Shown here one piece after another: positions 62,188 to 64,000 of a stretch of DNA of 64,000 nt. The stretch's first letter is position 1; every line of letters starts with the position of its first letter. Where the stretch lies: contig OY969811.1 in assembly GCA_963703315.1 (NCBI GenBank), forward strand, positions 3,808,001-3,872,000, read 5' to 3'. The stretch is from an uncultured cyanobacterium (GTDB taxonomy: Bacteria > Cyanobacteriota > Cyanobacteriia > Pseudanabaenales > Pseudanabaenaceae). Both the position numbers and the translations under genes were made by a program. The notes below the pieces were generated by a model that did no database searches, had not been told where the DNA came from, and saw only the letters and a program-made list of their open reading frames with translations.

Positions 62188-62636
62188 ACAAATTTAAGTA
62201 CTTTAAAATCAGGTGCAAAAATCTCTGAGATATCTGAAACCCAAGATTTATCTTTAACAATAGCTGGGTTGGAAACCTCAAATCGTTGTTCTTGTGGATT
62301 AAAGGCAATAGTAATTTTAATCCTCTGATAGTCTTTATTGATGACGTACATTCCCAGAATTGCTGCCATCAATGCTGTAACTCTCTGCTGTCCGTCAATT
62401 AAGATTCGTTTGCCTTGAGACGTTGTACCGTCTTTCAGTTTTACCGTTGGATTGCGCCACGCAATTAGATACCCAACTGGATAGCCTTGATATAACGAGT
62501 CGATTAAATCTCTAACTTTTGAACCATTCCAAACAAAAGGACGCTGTATTTCTGGGATTGCAATTTCCTCAGATCTAACCCAAGTTAGTAGAGTTTGAAT
62601 AGGATGCTGATTAACGGAATATTTTTGAATTGACAT
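62187..62636 (-). pseudogene. N-terminal part (150 aa) of the GmrSD-like DUF262 protein, interrupted by IS110
   Basis: [27 protein letters not shown]; the last 31 aa of the track ORF are IS-derived. Confidence 0.92.
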
Positions 62637-62677
62637 GGCTTATTATCTAGATTTAGTTAGCTTGAAATGACTGCAAA

Positions 62678-62872
62678 TTACCTAATTACACAACGGTGCT
62701 TCAATGGCTTCGACTCATCCTGAGCTAAGAAAGTTTTACCAAATCCCCCCTGTTCGATCGCCTTCAAAGCGCGATAACGCTCTTGAATTTGTAACTTAGC
62801 GCCGCATTGAGTGCAAAACTTGGTTGTTATTGAGTTTGAATGATCGCAAGCAAGACAAAGACAGTTACTCAT
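62678..62872 (-). pseudogene. N-terminal fragment of a 4-Cys-prefix Ser/Thr kinase
   Basis: C..C...N....FC..CG, then RY...K.I.QGGFGKTFLA.D......CVI, stopping at the catalytic-Lys position. Confidence 0.8.
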
Positions 62873-63034
62873 GCCGAATGAAATTTTTTGGAAAGCTATC
62901 TTTGATAATTATGACATTTAGATAGGATGATCATCCATCCTCATCAATTACATCAAAGCGATCGCCAATAAACTCAAACAAAAAAGAGGATCAAACATTG
63001 TTTGATCCTCTTTTTGCCGAAACTAGCTTTGTGA

Positions 63035-63409
63035 CTATTGAACGATCACTTTGCCTTGCATACCAGCTCCACGGTGAGGAGAGCAATAGTAAGCAAATTC
63101 ACCAGCTTCATTGAAGGTGGACTCTAGCTCAGCCTTAGGCTTTTGAGCCAACTTCTTGTGAGAAAGTTCTTCATGACCATCAAATACGACGTTGTGAGGG
63201 AAAGCTTTGTTATTCACCCATCTAACAGTGTCGCCAACTTTGATTGTGACTACTTTAGGCTCGAATACTAGCTGACCACCATCGGAACCCATCTTTACGG
63301 TGACAGTATCAGCCGATGCAGGAGATGCGGTGATGAACAAGCTACCAATAACAAACAAAAGGCTAGCGATCGCTAAGCCTAGCTTTTTCGCAAAAGAAGA
63401 AATATTCAT
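63035..63409 (-). CDS. petE: Plastocyanin
   Basis: Signal peptide, PHNVVF, YYCSPHRGAGM copper ligands. Confidence 0.98.
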   Translation of the reverse strand: MNISSFAKKLGLAIASLLFVIGSLFITASPASADTVTVKMGSDGGQLVFEPKVVTIKVGDTVRWVNNKAFPHNVVFDGHEELSHKKLAQKPKAELESTFNEAGEFAYYCSPHRGAGMQGKVIVQ

Positions 63410-63586
63410 AATTAACTACTGACTAAAATTCAACTGGACTTGCACTAATTCGACTCGACTCGAACTAAAGCAACTAAAACACGTAGAGAAAAGCTGTGGG
63501 AATTAGCTTTTGACAGATCTTTAGATATTTAAAGATCTTTTAGATAAACGATGACGCATGACTAGTGCGTGCATTATTTAATCCGT

Positions 63587-64000
63587 TTAATAGTATATCT
63601 TTCCGCCGCCCCAGCCGATACCTTTGACTTTAGGTTCGTAGAGGATATAACCTGCAATTAACTTGAGGTCATTGTCGGTGAGACCACGCATAGTGGGGAA
63701 AATATCGGTACTTTTGAGGCTGGGGTGAACGTCATAGATTTCAGTTACACCGTCATAGGTAGTAGGCTTCTTCATGAAATCCACTAAACCAAGCACATTG
63801 TTCCGCACTGGATATGCACCAGCCAAAGATTCAGGAGAAAGGTTAACGTTCGGATTGGTGAAGGTCGCGCCGCCGAGGTGGCAGGTGGCACAAGCATTAG
63901 AGAATAATTTCTTGCCCTTAGCGATGTCTTTTTGAGTTAAGACAATATTGGTCTTTTCGTTGAGGGGAACGGTACGCAACTCGATGGGGATATCGGCGGC
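63587..64000 (-). CDS. psbV: Cytochrome c550 (5' end beyond the window)
   Basis: CATCH heme motif, PTTYDG, HPS..S.DIFP.MR, WGGGKIYY. Confidence 0.93.
   Translation of the reverse strand, partial: AADIPIELRTVPLNEKTNIVLTQKDIAKGKKLFSNACATCHLGGATFTNPNVNLSPESLAGAYPVRNNVLGLVDFMKKPTTYDGVTEIYDVHPSLKSTDIFPTMRGLTDNDLKLIAGYILYEPKVKGIGWGGGKIYY

Noticed and set aside
60927..62188. GTATCTA at both IS ends as a 7-bp target-site duplication
   Set aside because: Collapsing on it leaves the host gene out of frame. Collapsing on the CT core restores the frame and gives a donor matching the bridge RNA guides.
61894..62328. 144-aa plus-strand ORF, and the C-terminal 31 aa of ORF 62091-62636
   Set aside because: Alternative-frame or read-through products across the IS right end
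1..64000. CRISPR array, tRNA or rRNA genes
   Set aside because: No regularly spaced repeat-spacer series and no tRNA/rRNA signatures seen; the repeats are isolated palindromes or coding tandem repeats

Overview
Chromosomal window from a cyanobacterium: the HIP1 octamer GCGATCGC is dense and petE, psbV, ycf3, Tab2 and ebsA are present. It looks Pseudanabaena-like, but that assignment is an inference. Most of the window is housekeeping or signalling: rnc, natB, argG, SRP RNA, ald, gltA, uppP, rplU-rpmA, gatC, ycf3, secDF, ccdA, galT. Accessory parts are a divergent two-partner secretion pair, an uncharacterised 4-gene cluster ending in a repeat-bearing GH19 enzyme, a pilin locus with a double O-GlcNAc-transferase plus methyl/glycosyltransferases, and a HicAB/DUF2283/GmrSD defence islet. 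The standout is a complete IS110-family bridge-recombinase element (60926-62187) inside the GmrSD-like gene. Its CT core, donor junction (ACAGTAT-CT-TGTAT), circle-dependent promoter and a bridge RNA with guides matching both the donor and the actual target site can all be read from the sequence. Precise excision would restore an intact 598-aa GmrSD-like ORF. Intergenic regions carry many long triloop palindromes and two TA-flanked MITE-like families. All family calls are motif recognition by eye; no database searches were run.
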